Source of the DNA: Octopus bimaculoides
Lineage: Eukaryota
Length of the DNA: 46,375 nucleotides
Direction of reading: 5' to 3'
Assembly: GCF_001194135.2 (NCBI RefSeq)
Contig: NC_068981.1
Location: 199,325,593-199,371,967, forward strand
Shown: piece after piece, positions 34,284 through 45,099 of the stretch
Layout: every line of letters starts with the position of its first letter
Position numbering within the stretch: the first letter of the stretch is position 1
Program-made: the position numbers and the translations under genes
Notes under the pieces: generated by a model
Told to the model about the DNA's origin: nothing
Database searches by the model: none
The model's input: only the letters and a program-made list of their open reading frames with translations

Positions 34284-34840
34284 GTAAAGATTATTTGCCA
34301 ACAGAATGTGGCAGTCCTAATTAGGACGAATATTTCAGTTATTTAGCCCCAGGAAACATCGTCTGCAGCTGGCTATCAAGGCACTAACTGCGTACGTATA
34401 TTTTCTAACAAGGAAGTTTACTGTCCCCACTCAGTTCGAAAGCAATATCTGTGTACCAATGGTTTCTGGGTTATTTCTCTTCATCAACACAGAATAACTG
34501 TTCGGCCAGAGATGGCGATACTGAATTCTTATTCGAAATATATACTTTTCAAAGTGACACACAGTTACTGATCTCATAAATAGAAAAATTATTATTTCTA
34601 AATCGTCGCCACCTCTAGCTGAGCAGTTATTCTGTGTTGATGAAGATAAATAACCTAGAAACCATTGGTACACAGATATTGATTCAGAGCTGAGTGGGGA
34701 CACGAAGCTCCCTTGTTCGAAAATATAAGGATGCAAATAGTGCGTCGATAGCCAGCTGCAGACGATGTTTCTTGGGGCTAAATAACAGAGATATTCGTCC
34801 TAATCAGGACTGTCACATTATGTTGGCAAATAATCTTTAC
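34284..34840. repeat. 557-bp fold-back (MITE-like) with about 235-bp inverted arms and an 87-bp spacer
   Basis: 34284-34518 is colinear with the reverse complement of 34606-34840, at roughly 85% identity by eye. Ends are gtaaagattatttgccaaca...tgttggcaaataatctttac. Confidence 0.9.
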
Positions 34841-35023
34841 AATATAATTGCAGTTTTGAAATAAATAAGGTTTGACTGTAGTATTAGAGACTGTTAACAT
34901 AACCTCATCCAAAAATTGGAAACGAGAAACTAAGATCAACGATTTATGTAGTTTACAGTTTCTAATAAAAACAAAATAAATATATTGAGTATTCATCTCT
35001 CTTCTCGTTCCTTCTTGTTCACA

Positions 35024-35070
<47 letters not shown>

Positions 35071-35589
35071 CGTGTGTGTTCAAGTATTTTGCTGCTGACT
35101 ACAGTTTGTTTTAATCCGTAGACAATACGAAGCAATGAATGATTTTTATATTTTACAAATAGGAAGAGGAAAGTCGAAAAATTACAAGGGTTAAGCACGT
35201 TGGTGTTTGTTTACGGTATAAATTCCTAATAAGATACTTAGATCGAATCAGTAACAGTTAAATTTCAAGCAAAAAGTTCCTTTAATTTGGTGGAAATTAA
35301 TGAGAAAGATAAACAAATAAATTAGGGACACGAAATGTAATGATTTATTGCTGTTTGGTTTTGTCTTTTGGGAGAACAGAATCGAAGAAATTAAGAAAAA
35401 AAGGGGAATAAATCAGAACGAAGGAAAGAGACTCTTATAATAAATTTTCCTTTCTTACTTTCTCTGTTATTTCTTTTTCTCTTTCTTTCTTCTGTTTTTG
35501 CTTTTCTATCAAGCTTCAATTTAGATTGAGATTTCACCTTGTCAAGCTGACTTTTATCTCACAACTTTGTTTATAAAATATTGAAGTGT

Positions 35590-35880
35590 GAAGGCACCAT
35601 GGACCAATAATTAGGACGTTGACCTCACCATCGTGAATTCTATTCCTGGACTGAGATGTGCATCATGTCCTTGAGCAAGAACACTTAATTTCATGTTGCT
35701 CCGTGAGTACTTACCGCCTGCTGGTGTTGCCCTGTCTCTCCTTCAGCTGTTACATCACCATCGATGTACCACTGGCCAATCGGATTTTTGTCTGTATTTA
35801 ACCAAACAGGCATCTAAAAAAGCGGAAGCTTGTCCCAAGCCACCAGGACTGACGCTTTGAGGTGGAATCTGTTTCTACTT
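35590..35880 (+). mobile_element. Old tRNA-derived SINE with CORE-like segment
   Basis: Degenerate A and B boxes (gaaggcaccatggaccaataattagg...gaattctattcc), followed by tgtccttgagcaagaacacttaa, which resembles the CORE-SINE TGTCCTTGGGCAAG.CACTT motif. Confidence 0.5.
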
Positions 35881-35999
35881 TATACCTTGACAAATGATGG
35901 TCGCTCCCGTCGGTTTCGACGAAAGAGTGTTTAAAAGAGAGGACTTAAAGTCAAAGAGAATAATAAAAACAAAAAGGAAAAAGAAAATACTAAGAAGCT

Positions 36000-36670
36000 G
36001 CTTCTATTTGCGATCGATGCGTGAATGTAATTTCAATGCCAGGGATGGACTTTGCAATGAAGTCGTAATGGGGACATTGATGATTGTGATTTTGCCTAGG
36101 ATTGGGCAAATGGGTCTGTTGGTGGCAGGATATAGTTCTTCTATTGTTCTTTCTTCTTCAACTCGGATTGTTTGGATGCATTGTGACACATTTTACGCCA
36201 TGCAGACCGATCTAGCAATAACATTCCCAAGATGTCAGATTAAGCGGTAGAGCTCTTAGTGATCGCTTCAGACCTGTCCTTATACATAAGGACAGGTCTT
36301 CCTTTGTTGCAATATCCCTCCGATTGCTGACCACACAGAAGAATTTTCGGAATGTAGTCATCTTTCATTTGAACATGTGTTGTTCAAGCACCACATGTGA
36401 AAGGTTTCAAATGTCTTTATATGTCTGTAGTAGGGAGTCCGTGCATCTGCCCCATACAAAAGTGTGCTCAAAATACAAGAGTTGTATCCACTTATTTTAG
36501 TTTTCAGATTCACATTGTGTTCATCCCACAAACGATGGGGAAGTTGTCCAAAAGCATTTGCTGCCTTCGATATGCTAATGTTGATTTCCTCATCAAGAGT
36601 ACTCTTAAAGTTTAGTGTACCCCCAAGATATTTAAATGACCTGACCTATTTGAGTGACAAATAGAACACC
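36000..36670 (-). mobile_element. BovB-like RTE LINE 3' fragment
   Basis: VRSFKYLGGTL..KSTLDEEINISISKAANAFGQL..RLW..HNVNLKTKI...ILSTLLYG...DYIPKILL.G...GRP...YKDR...DRSAWRK. Confidence 0.75.
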
Positions 36671-37297
36671 ATAGGACACCAGATATTCGCATTTTACTCT
36701 CTCTCTCACTCTCCGTCTCTCTCTCTCCGACTCTCTCTCACTCTCCGTCTCTCTCTCCGTCTCTCTTTCTCTCCTCAATCATTGGCCTTTCTTCTATCTT
36801 CTTTATCTTTCTTTTTCTCATACAGATACTCTTCTAAATAAACATGTTAAACAGTAATCAAATCTACTTTTACACCAATTCATTTGTTTATCTCTCTCTC
36901 AGTAATTGCCAACCTTATCCCATTCACCAATTTAAGGATTAGTTTTGCCTGAAATTTAGCCATTACAGAATAGGTTGAATACTTTTTTAATAATCTGAAC
37001 TGCGAAAATTCCAAACACCAGGATCTCACTAATGATATGTTCAAATCACTTTTCTTCGTGCAAGGACTTATAGTTCTCTATAAGTCCTTGCACGGATTAT
37101 CTCGAAAATGGAGCTAGCGAACCAGGATTTATCTCTATCGACCATCGCAGAAAAAAGTCAAACTATGGTAAATCTTAAACATGATGTGAAAAAGATACAA
37201 AGACTCTGCAAACATTCAAATGCGTCGTCCTGGGAAGTACAATCAAAAGTGTCAGGCCCGCAATCTGTTCTAGGGTTGTAGAGGCCTACTCTACAGA

Positions 37298-37739
37298 ATG
37301 GATTGTCCGTTTAAAAACAAAATGTGCTATAGTTGTCAGAAGCTGGGACACAAGAGTTCTTATTGGAGAACAAGACTACGAGGTTCGAACACAGAAAGTT
37401 CAGCGGTGAGTAATTGCGATGGAAAAACAAGAAAATTCGTGCATGTAAAAATTAATGATGTGAATACCAAATTACAGTTAGACACAGGTAGTGACATCTC
37501 GATTATAAATGCGGATACTTGGAAAAAAATTAGTAAACCGAGATTACGCAAAACAGCGAAAATAGCAAGTGGCGTAAGGGGTGATAAATTACATTTCATA
37601 GGTAAAACATGTATCGACGTTACATTTCGAGGAGAGACACACGAAGCAAAATTATTCATTGTGGATAACACAGTCAATCTGTTTGACACAGATTGGTTTG
37701 AACTATTCGATTTATGGCTCCTCTGTAGTGATGTCAGTA
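37298..37739 (+). pseudogene. gag: Gypsy gag zinc knuckle and aspartic protease remnant
   Basis: CYSCQKLGHKSSYW (CCHC with the last C lost); LQLDTGSDISII (DTG active site); NLFDTDWFELF. Confidence 0.85.
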
Positions 37740-38228
37740 TGTGACAACCTACAATTTTACAATTACATGCGACAAGGAAAATAAGAACTTGTGAGACGGT
37801 CATAATAAGTCATAACATATTTATTACTGGATGTAATGCGTTAACATATAAGAATGGTTTGAAAGAAAAGGCTTGTAACATACTACATGAACATACTTTG
37901 CAATCATGTCTCAAAGCAAATGAGGCGAATATGCGCGCATGTGGGTGTGATTGTGAGTGGGGTGGCTCAATGCGTACGACCAGGAACCGACAGGCAAAAG
38001 TAGTGCGAAGTTAGAAATGCGTCCGCTTTATATAAGGGACGAACTGGAAGTCCCTGGCTACCACGTCATCTGGAAGTTAAAGCTTCTAGAATATCCGAGA
38101 ATTTTCGAGAATGTCGAGGGAGATTACTCTCGTTAGATCCCTTTTTCGTTTTGCTTTCCTGCTTGATTGCCAGGGGTCATTACACTTCCCCATAAATCTT
38201 TACTGCAATAACATAAATGGTTGTCACG
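37740..38228 (-). mobile_element. 489-bp solo-LTR-like insertion between protease and RT
   Basis: Termini TGTGACAACC...GGTTGTCACG form a 10-bp inverted repeat with one terminal mismatch. On the minus strand there is TATATAAA (38034-38027) and AATAAA (37825-37820). Removing the insert rejoins the protease frame to the RT frame. Confidence 0.75.
38027..38112 (-). promoter_or_regulatory. Heat-shock element, UPRE/CRE-like site and TATA box
   Basis: 38083-38112 reads cTTCt aGAAt aTCCg aGAAt tTTCg aGAAt (six alternating pentamers, five perfect). TGACGTGG lies at 38068-38061 and TATATAAA at 38034-38027. Confidence 0.6.
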
Positions 38229-38272
38229 TTAAAAACAAGTCTTCGGAATAACTGAAAGAAATATTGAAATAA

Positions 38273-40600
38273 ATGTCCCCGCAGTTGTTATCAGAGGATT
38301 TAGGTCTATATAGAAAGACGGAAGCCTATTTCCTAATAAGTGAAAACGTTGTAACTGTATTTAAAGCAAGCAGAAAAGTACCGTTCGTGGCAATTGAAAC
38401 CATAAATGAAGAATTGGACAGACTCAGAAAGAGGAGAGTCATCAAAAAGGTGGATTACTCGAAGTGGGCGGCATCCACGGAATGTATTAAAGAAATAATA
38501 AGAGCAGACTGTGTGCCGATTTCGCTACAGGATTGAACGATTGCTTGAAAACATACCACCATCCACTCCCGACTGCAGAGGACATTTTTTCAAAGTTAAA
38601 TGGTGGAAAGATTTTTTCCAAATTAGATCTGTCTGAAGCCTATTTACAGATTAAAATAAATGACAAATGCTCAAATAATTTGACAATAAATACATACAGA
38701 GGATTGTATAGATACACGCTATTACCATTTGGATTAAAAGTTGCACCAGCAATATTCCAGCAAATCATGGATACTATGTTATCTGATTGTGAATTTACAA
38801 TCCTGTACTTGGACGATATTTTGAGTAATTCTTGTGAACAGCACGTGGAACACATAAAAGCTATGTTTAAGAAAAGTTTTCGGGTTCACTTTGAGTGAAG
38901 AAAAATGCGAATTCTTTCTAGCCCAAAATGAATACTTCGGGCAAATAGTTGATAAAAGTGGTAGACGTCCTGGCCCGTCGAGGTCAGACGCAATGAGGAA
39001 TATACCTTCGCCGACAAATATTCCAACTTTACAAGCATTTCTTGGCTTGGCAAACAATTAGCATTTCTTGGCTTGGCAAACAATTAGCATTTCTTGGCTT
39101 GGCAAACAATTATCAAAACTACATTCCTAATATGCACAAGTTAAGAACACCATTGAACGACTTACTAAAGAAAGGAGTAAAGTGGAATTGGTCCACAAAG
39201 GGCCAAAACACTTTTGAAGAAATAAAAGAAATTTCTAATCTCAGACCTGTTTTTAGCACATTACGATCCTAAAATGGACATCATTGTAGCGTCTGATGCT
39301 TCCAAGCACTGATTAGGTGCAGTTCTACTTCATAAATATGAAGACTGAAATACAAAACCAGTGGTTCATGTTTCGAGCTCGCTAATAGCAGCAGAGAAGA
39401 GATATAGTCAAATTGAAAAGGAGGCCCCTAGCAATTATTTTTGCAGTTAAAAGTTCCACAGGTTTCTGTATGGCAGAAGGTTTTTATTGCAATCAGATCA
39501 TAGACCTTTGCTGTCGATTTATGGGTTTAAAAGAGAGTTACTGGCTCATACTACGAACCGCTTGCAACATTGGGGTGTAATATTACTAAATTATAATTTC
39601 AAAATGCAATACATTCCACCGAAAATAAAAATCAGTCATGTGGACTGCCTTTCGAGATTAATTAAAAAAAAATATGGAACCACTAGAACTAGAAGAGACT
39701 GTTATAGCCACACTGCTGGCAGACAGTGAAATTAAAAGTGTTATGACGAACGTTATCCAAGAACTACCAGTGATAGCACAGGATACAAGAATGAAAGCTG
39801 TAGGTGATGAGTATATTACGTAAATGAAAGAAGCTTTAAAAAATAAACTGAATAAAAATTCAGATGCCAATAGTTTTTCAATTTGCAACGATATTCTGAT
39901 GTATTCCCATAGAGCGGTGGTTCCAGCTACATTACAAAAAGGTGTATGGCAACAATTTCACAGCGGACATCCAGGAATGGCAAGAATGAAGGGTCTGATA
40001 AGGAGTTATGTCTATTGACTGTCTATGGAACGAGATATCGTAAACTCATTGAGAACGTGCCGAGGTTGTGCACTTACGGCCAAAGCCCCACCAGTAAAAT
40101 ATCAATCGTGGCCAGAGGCGGAGAACCAATGGTCTAGGTTACACATTGACTATACCGACCCAGTAAACGGCACTTACTACCTAATCGTAGTAGATAGCCG
40201 TACAAGTGACCAGAGGTTTGCAGGATTTATAGACCAATCTGTAAAACAACTATAAAGTTCTTATACGAATTGTTTGCGCGATATGATGTCCCTGACACAT
40301 TAGTTTCAGACAATGGAACGCAGTTCTCTGGGTATGAATTCAAGAACTTCTGTAAAAGGCATGCGATAAAGTATATTTTCACTCTACCTTACCACCCGAG
40401 GTCAAACGGGTCAGGTAGAAAGATTTGTGGACACTTTTAAGAGAGCATTAAGAAAAGCAAGAAATAAATTAAGTAACAACGAAGTACTGACAAATTTCTG
40501 AAGAATATACAGATTGACCCCCAATTCAAGTACAAATTCAGGGAAGTCTCCCACAGAATTGATGTTCGCAAGAATAATATCTATTTTTGTTAAGCTATAA
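38273..40600 (+). pseudogene. pol: Gypsy pol remnant (RT, RNase H, integrase)
   Basis: RT: PLPTAEDIF, FSKLDLSEAYLQ, PFGLKVAPAIFQ, YLDD. RNase H: DAS, YSQIEKE, SDHRPL. Integrase: HSGHPGM...CRGC, LHIDY, SDNGTQF, PYHPRSNG...ERFV.TFK. Confidence 0.9.
39035..39112. repeat. Perfect 26-bp triplication inside pol
   Basis: gcatttcttggcttggcaaacaatta x3, at 39035, 39061 and 39087. Confidence 0.95.
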
Positions 40601-40683
40601 CCAGAGAAAAAAAGATGCAAAGGAAATACGAAAGAGCCAACGAAATTCTCCCCTCTCAAAAGATTTTTGTCCTGCAGATTACA

Positions 40684-40987
40684 TGGTGACCCTGTCCATG
40701 CAGGTGCCACTTAAAAAGCATCCAGTCCACACTGTAAAGTAGTTGGTGTTTGGAAGGGCACCCAGCGGTAAAAACCCTGCCAAAACTGACCTCTCCTGTA
40801 CTTGTGCCACGTAAAAAGCATTCAGTCCACTCTGCTGAGTGGTCGGTGTTAGGAAGGGTGTCCAGCTGTAAAAATCCTGCCAAAACAGTCACAGAAGTCT
40901 AGTGCAAGCTTCTGCCTGGCCGGCTCCTGTCAAACCATCCCACCCATGCCAGTATGGAAGGCAAGCATTAAACAATGATGATGATAA
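40684..40987 (+). mobile_element. RTE 3' tail copy truncating the gypsy element
   Basis: Two ggaagggy.yccagc.gtaaaaa modules, then ccatcccacccatgccagtatgg...(GAT)n. Confidence 0.75.
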
Positions 40988-41041
40988 TACTTATATATTT
41001 ATTGGGGTGGGGCAAATTTATTAACCGGAACAAAATGGAGT

Positions 41042-41385
41042 GAGTTTCAGTCATTAGAGTCTCAGTCATTAGAGTCTCAGTCATTAGAGTCTCAGTCATT
41101 AGAGTCACAGTTACCAGAATCTCATTCATTAGAGTCTCAGTCATTAGAGTCTCAGTCATTGGAGTCTCAGTCATTGGAGTCTCAGTCATTAGGGCCCCAG
41201 TCATTAGAGTCACAGTTACCAGAATCTCATTCATTAGAGTCTCATTCATTAGAGTCTCAGTCATTGGAGTCTCAGTCATTGGAGTCTCAGTTATTGGAGT
41301 CTCAGTTATTAGAATCTCAGTCATTAGAGTCTCATTCATTAGAGTCTCAGTCATTAGAGTCTTATTCATTAGAGTCTCAGTCATT
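41042..41385. repeat. 15-bp minisatellite, about 23 units
   Basis: Unit agagtctcagtcatt with variants. The diagnostic variant pair recurs 105 bp apart. Confidence 0.95.
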
Positions 41386-43379
41386 TCTCTCAGTGTATGG
41401 CCGAAAATGCTGGCACCACGTGACTATCCTGAATATCTTTATCCTTTCTTTCCCTTTCTTTTTCTGCCATTCTCTCAGGAGTGTTTTCAGAAAAGACTCC
41501 AAATGTTTTAGACTTTCTTCCAAATCTGATGTTTAGAAAGCAACTAAATACATCCTCCCCACCCCCTCCCGCCTCAACGAAATACTTAAGAGATCACACA
41601 TGAAGCAGACATCAGACAATTTCATTGTCTTCTTTCTCTTTTAATTTTCTTTTTCACTTCATGTTCATCAAAACACTGATCTAAATTAACATCATCACAA
41701 CTATTAGCGACGAACAAAGACGACAAAGGAATTCTTGTTAAAGTTGAATCATCAAAACATTTATTTTTCCTTTATCTGATGCTATTTGACAGTCTTATCT
41801 CTTTCTTATAATATCTGAACTTTGTGAATTCAATTCGAATCCAATCCTTCCAAATAACTCCTCCTTCATCTCTTTGGTTCTCCTAATCACAGACTTTTGC
41901 TAATGATTCTTGGTTGTGTCTCGTGGAATCTGTTTCTTTCAGGTGCAACCTTATCAAGTAAGTTGGCAAGTTTCTCTTTGAAATTTGTCAGAGGTTCAGT
42001 AGAAGTGGGTAGATTTTGTATTTGTTGTTTAGCTGTTTTTTTAATTGTCTTTTCTTTGTCTACTTGATGGGGTGGAAATAGCATTGGATCCATTGTCATG
42101 ATGTGATTGTAGAGTCATAAGTTGGATTGCTTTCTTCCTGTGAGATGCACATACATAAGAATTAATTCAATATAAAAAGAAACATCAAATATGGGATTGG
42201 ACAAGTTCTTTTGTGGTGGTAAAATCCCTTCGTGTAGTTACCAGTCTAATGAATTCCTTTTTAGGTTTCCTTTCTTGTTGGTCAATACTAAGTTACTAAT
42301 CAATCACTATGTGATAAATTTCTTTAACATTATTTTGTCAAAATAAACAAAAAACTAAAATCTAATCCAATGAAATCTAAAAAATTATGAAGCAATAAAA
42401 TGAAATTTAAATCATTCCACTCACATCTTGAAACATTCTTCGAAATGCTTAAAAGAATTACATAAAGTCCTTCCTTTCTAAAGCTTCAACTGCTAAAGCT
42501 GTGAGCCAAACACAGTCAAAAGCATAAAATACAAGAAATCTTTTTTCTTCTGCTGGAGGCAAAATGTTGTAAGATTTGAGGAGAAATCACATGAAATCAA
42601 TCAAAGTATATTGATAGTTAATAAGGAGTCACCTCGAATCCATAATCCTTATAAATAATTTATTGAATATTATCATCTGGATTCCTCTTGAATGTTCCAT
42701 TTTATCTTATAATCCTCCTCCTTATCATCATCATCATCGTCATCGTCGTCGTTGTTGTCGTCGTAATCATCACCACCATCATCATCATCTTCTTCATCAT
42801 CATTGTTTATTTACTAACTTATTAATTCTTTATAACATTTTATTTTTTCCCCATAAGATAATTAGCTGTAGAGAGTAATTCAACCAATCCTCCCTATGCT
42901 AATTAACTGTTAACAATGATTGTATTAATTAGTATTTTCAACTAATAAGAATTTGGAACAACGTTGAAGAGAAAAGCAATTCCATAAAATGAAAACAAAA
43001 TTAAACAAGAAGAAAATGGTGCAAAGACTTGAAGCAGGAAGATAAAGAATTATAAAGAAACTCCATCATTTTTGAAGAGTCCTCAAAAACTAGTGTCTGG
43101 AGTAACTAGAAATGGCTTGCAGAAGTAGATAAACAGCGTTCAGAGTAAGTAGAATTGGTATGTTGAGGTAAATAACTAATACCTGGGACAAAGAGTGATG
43201 GTAAGTGCCAGTGAAAAACTCAGATAATAGAATTTGTGAAAATAAGCATGTGTGCCATATTGGTGAAAGTGGTGGGGGTGGGGGTGAATCTGATATTTCT
43301 AACAGAGTTCTCGTTTGAAGACTAAGTGCAGGTTGTTGGTTATTTAATAATAATAATGAATTTATTGTATACGGCAGCC

Positions 43380-43623
43380 ATGTGTCCTACACCTGGCCGA
43401 AAAGGTGTAAAAGAAGGAACTGAACGCAAACCAACCTCGTTTGTACGAGTGCCACATAAAAAGCACTCAGCCCACTCTATGGAGTGGTCAGTGTTTGGAA
43501 GGGCACCCAGTTGTAAAAACCTTGCCAAAACACACCCAGGAGCATGGTTCAGGTTCCCATCTGGCCATCTGTCAAATCATCCAACCCCTACCAGCACGGA
43601 AATCAGACGTTAAATGATGATGA
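43380..43623 (+). mobile_element. RTE 3' tail copy, tail-to-tail with a Dong fragment
   Basis: gtgccacataaaaagcactcag...ggaagggcacccagttgtaaaaac...cagacgttaaatgatgatga, merging into (ATT)n. Confidence 0.7.
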
Positions 43624-44130
43624 TTATTATTATCATTCCTTCGTAACAGAGTGTAGGTAAAAATGCACCAAAGTCTTTAGTCATCTGTCAAGTCACAACA
43701 AGGACTTCAGACAGATAATACTTTCCTTAAGATGTGCGTTGTGCCCAATATGGCTGCTTTTTGAAAGACATCAATCTTGCATGGGATTTCCTGTTGTCTT
43801 AAAAAGTTTTAAAGTTTCAATGGGATTGAACCCAATGCTCCGATCACCACTGGTATCACTTTTACATTACCCTCTCGCATTCCATACAGTCTTGCCATTT
43901 CCACTTTCAATTCGGAGTACTTGGTGGGTTTTTTCAACCTCTTTACTCACAACATTCATGTCATTGGGTATGGCTACATCAATGATCTGACAGTATTTGT
44001 CTCTCTTATTCAATATGACGATATCCGGCCGACGGTGTTCGATTACATGATCCGTCTGAAAGTCATAGTCCCTGAGTATCGTTACTTTTCCATCCTCCTG
44101 CATAACTTTACTTGGTACATGCTCATAACA
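43623..44130 (-). mobile_element. Dong-type LINE 3' fragment 1 (RLE)
   Basis: FQTDHVIEHRRPDIVIL...IIDVAIP and FQKAAILGTTHILRKVLSV*. Confidence 0.85.
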
Positions 44131-44135
44131 GTTTT

Positions 44136-44422
44136 ATTATTATTATTATTATTATTATAGAAACAAAGTTCAGGCTTGGTCTTATTCCTGGTAGGATTTA
44201 TGTGGTAGCAGGTTACTACCTGTAACCTTAGGTATCCTTACATTTTCTATAGTCTTCCAAGTGCTTAGAACCCTCCTGATAATCCTTGCTGTCCCTAAGA
44301 GACAAACTTTCTGTAGGGGCTCTACCAAGCATTCTATTTCAAATCTCCTTTAGCCATTTGTCTATATCTTGGCTTACTGTTCCCAACGCAACAATTATTA
44401 TAGGCATGAACTTTACTGTTTG
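44136..44422 (-). mobile_element. Dong-type LINE 3' fragment 2
   Basis: VKFMPIIIVALGTVS...VEPLQKVCLLGTARIIRRVLST; (ATT)n at 44136-44158. Confidence 0.8.
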
Positions 44423-44789
44423 ATTATTATTATTATTATTATTATTCAGTAGTTTTATTTTTATAATGTGCTTTCACTTCACTACCGAGCGCAGCTCTGT
44501 GCGCCTTTGGTATGTGCTGTGGTTTGCTGTGATGCTCTTATGGTTACTGTAATGAAAGTGTTTTGCGTAGGATGTGTGCAGTGCCCAGTAGTGCAATTTT
44601 CTGTATGTTATATATATTTGTAAGTCCTGGTGTTTTTGTTATGTATTTGTCTGAATATTTTTTTATTATACCTAAGGCACCTACTATGATAGGAATTGTT
44701 TCTGTTTTTAGATTCCACGTTCGAGTTACCTCTATTTCCAGGTCTTTGTATTTTGAAAGTTTTTCCATTTCTTTTAGGGAAACGTTGTC
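44423..44789 (-). mobile_element. Dong-type LINE 3' fragment 3 (young, frame intact up to the gap)
   Basis: KEMEKLSKYKDLEIEV...IPIIVGALG...IQKIALLGTAHILRKTLSLQ*; (ATT)n at 44423-44446. Confidence 0.9.
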
Positions 44790-45099
44790 NNNNNNNNNNN
44801 NNNNNNNNNNNNNNNNNNNNNNNNNNNNNNNNNNNNNNNNNNNNNNNNNNNNNNNNNNNNNNNNNNNNNNNNNNNNNNNNNNNNNNNNNNNNNNNNNNNN
44901 NNNNNNNNNNNNNNNNNNNNNNNNNNNNNNNNNNNNNNNNNNNNNNNNNNNNNNNNNNNNNNNNNNNNNNNNNNNNNNNNNNNNNNNNNNNNNNNNNNNN
45001 NNNNNNNNNNNNNNNNNNNNNNNNNNNNNNNNNNNNNNNNNNNNNNNNNNNNNNNNNNNNNNNNNNNNNNNNNNNNNNNNNNNNNNNNNNNNNNNNNNN

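Larger units (their letters stand above)
36960..40660 (+). mobile_element. Decayed Ty3/gypsy LTR retrotransposon, internal region (Mag-like domain order PR-RT-RH-IN)
   Basis: Gag knuckle, protease, RT, RNase H and integrase occur in gypsy order, with many stops and frameshifts. No flanking LTR pair found. Confidence 0.9.

Noticed and set aside
34635-34670. TGATGAAG...GAAA in the fold-back arm as a hammerhead
   Set aside because: There is no pairable helix II or helix I around it.
35560-41030. Matching LTR pair, PBS and PPT for the gypsy element
   Set aside because: No direct repeat was found on the two flanks, and both ends are overwritten by other repeats.
40968-41536. (TETLM)n and (ESQSL)n ORFs as a mucin-like gene, or the array as CRISPR
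   Set aside because: The units are contiguous with no spacers and no cas genes, the context is eukaryotic, and the ORFs are open only because the unit is 15 bp.
41887-42160. 70-aa minus-strand ORF with a nearby acceptor-like CAG as a host exon
   Set aside because: The acceptor leads into frames that stop quickly, and no domain is recognisable.
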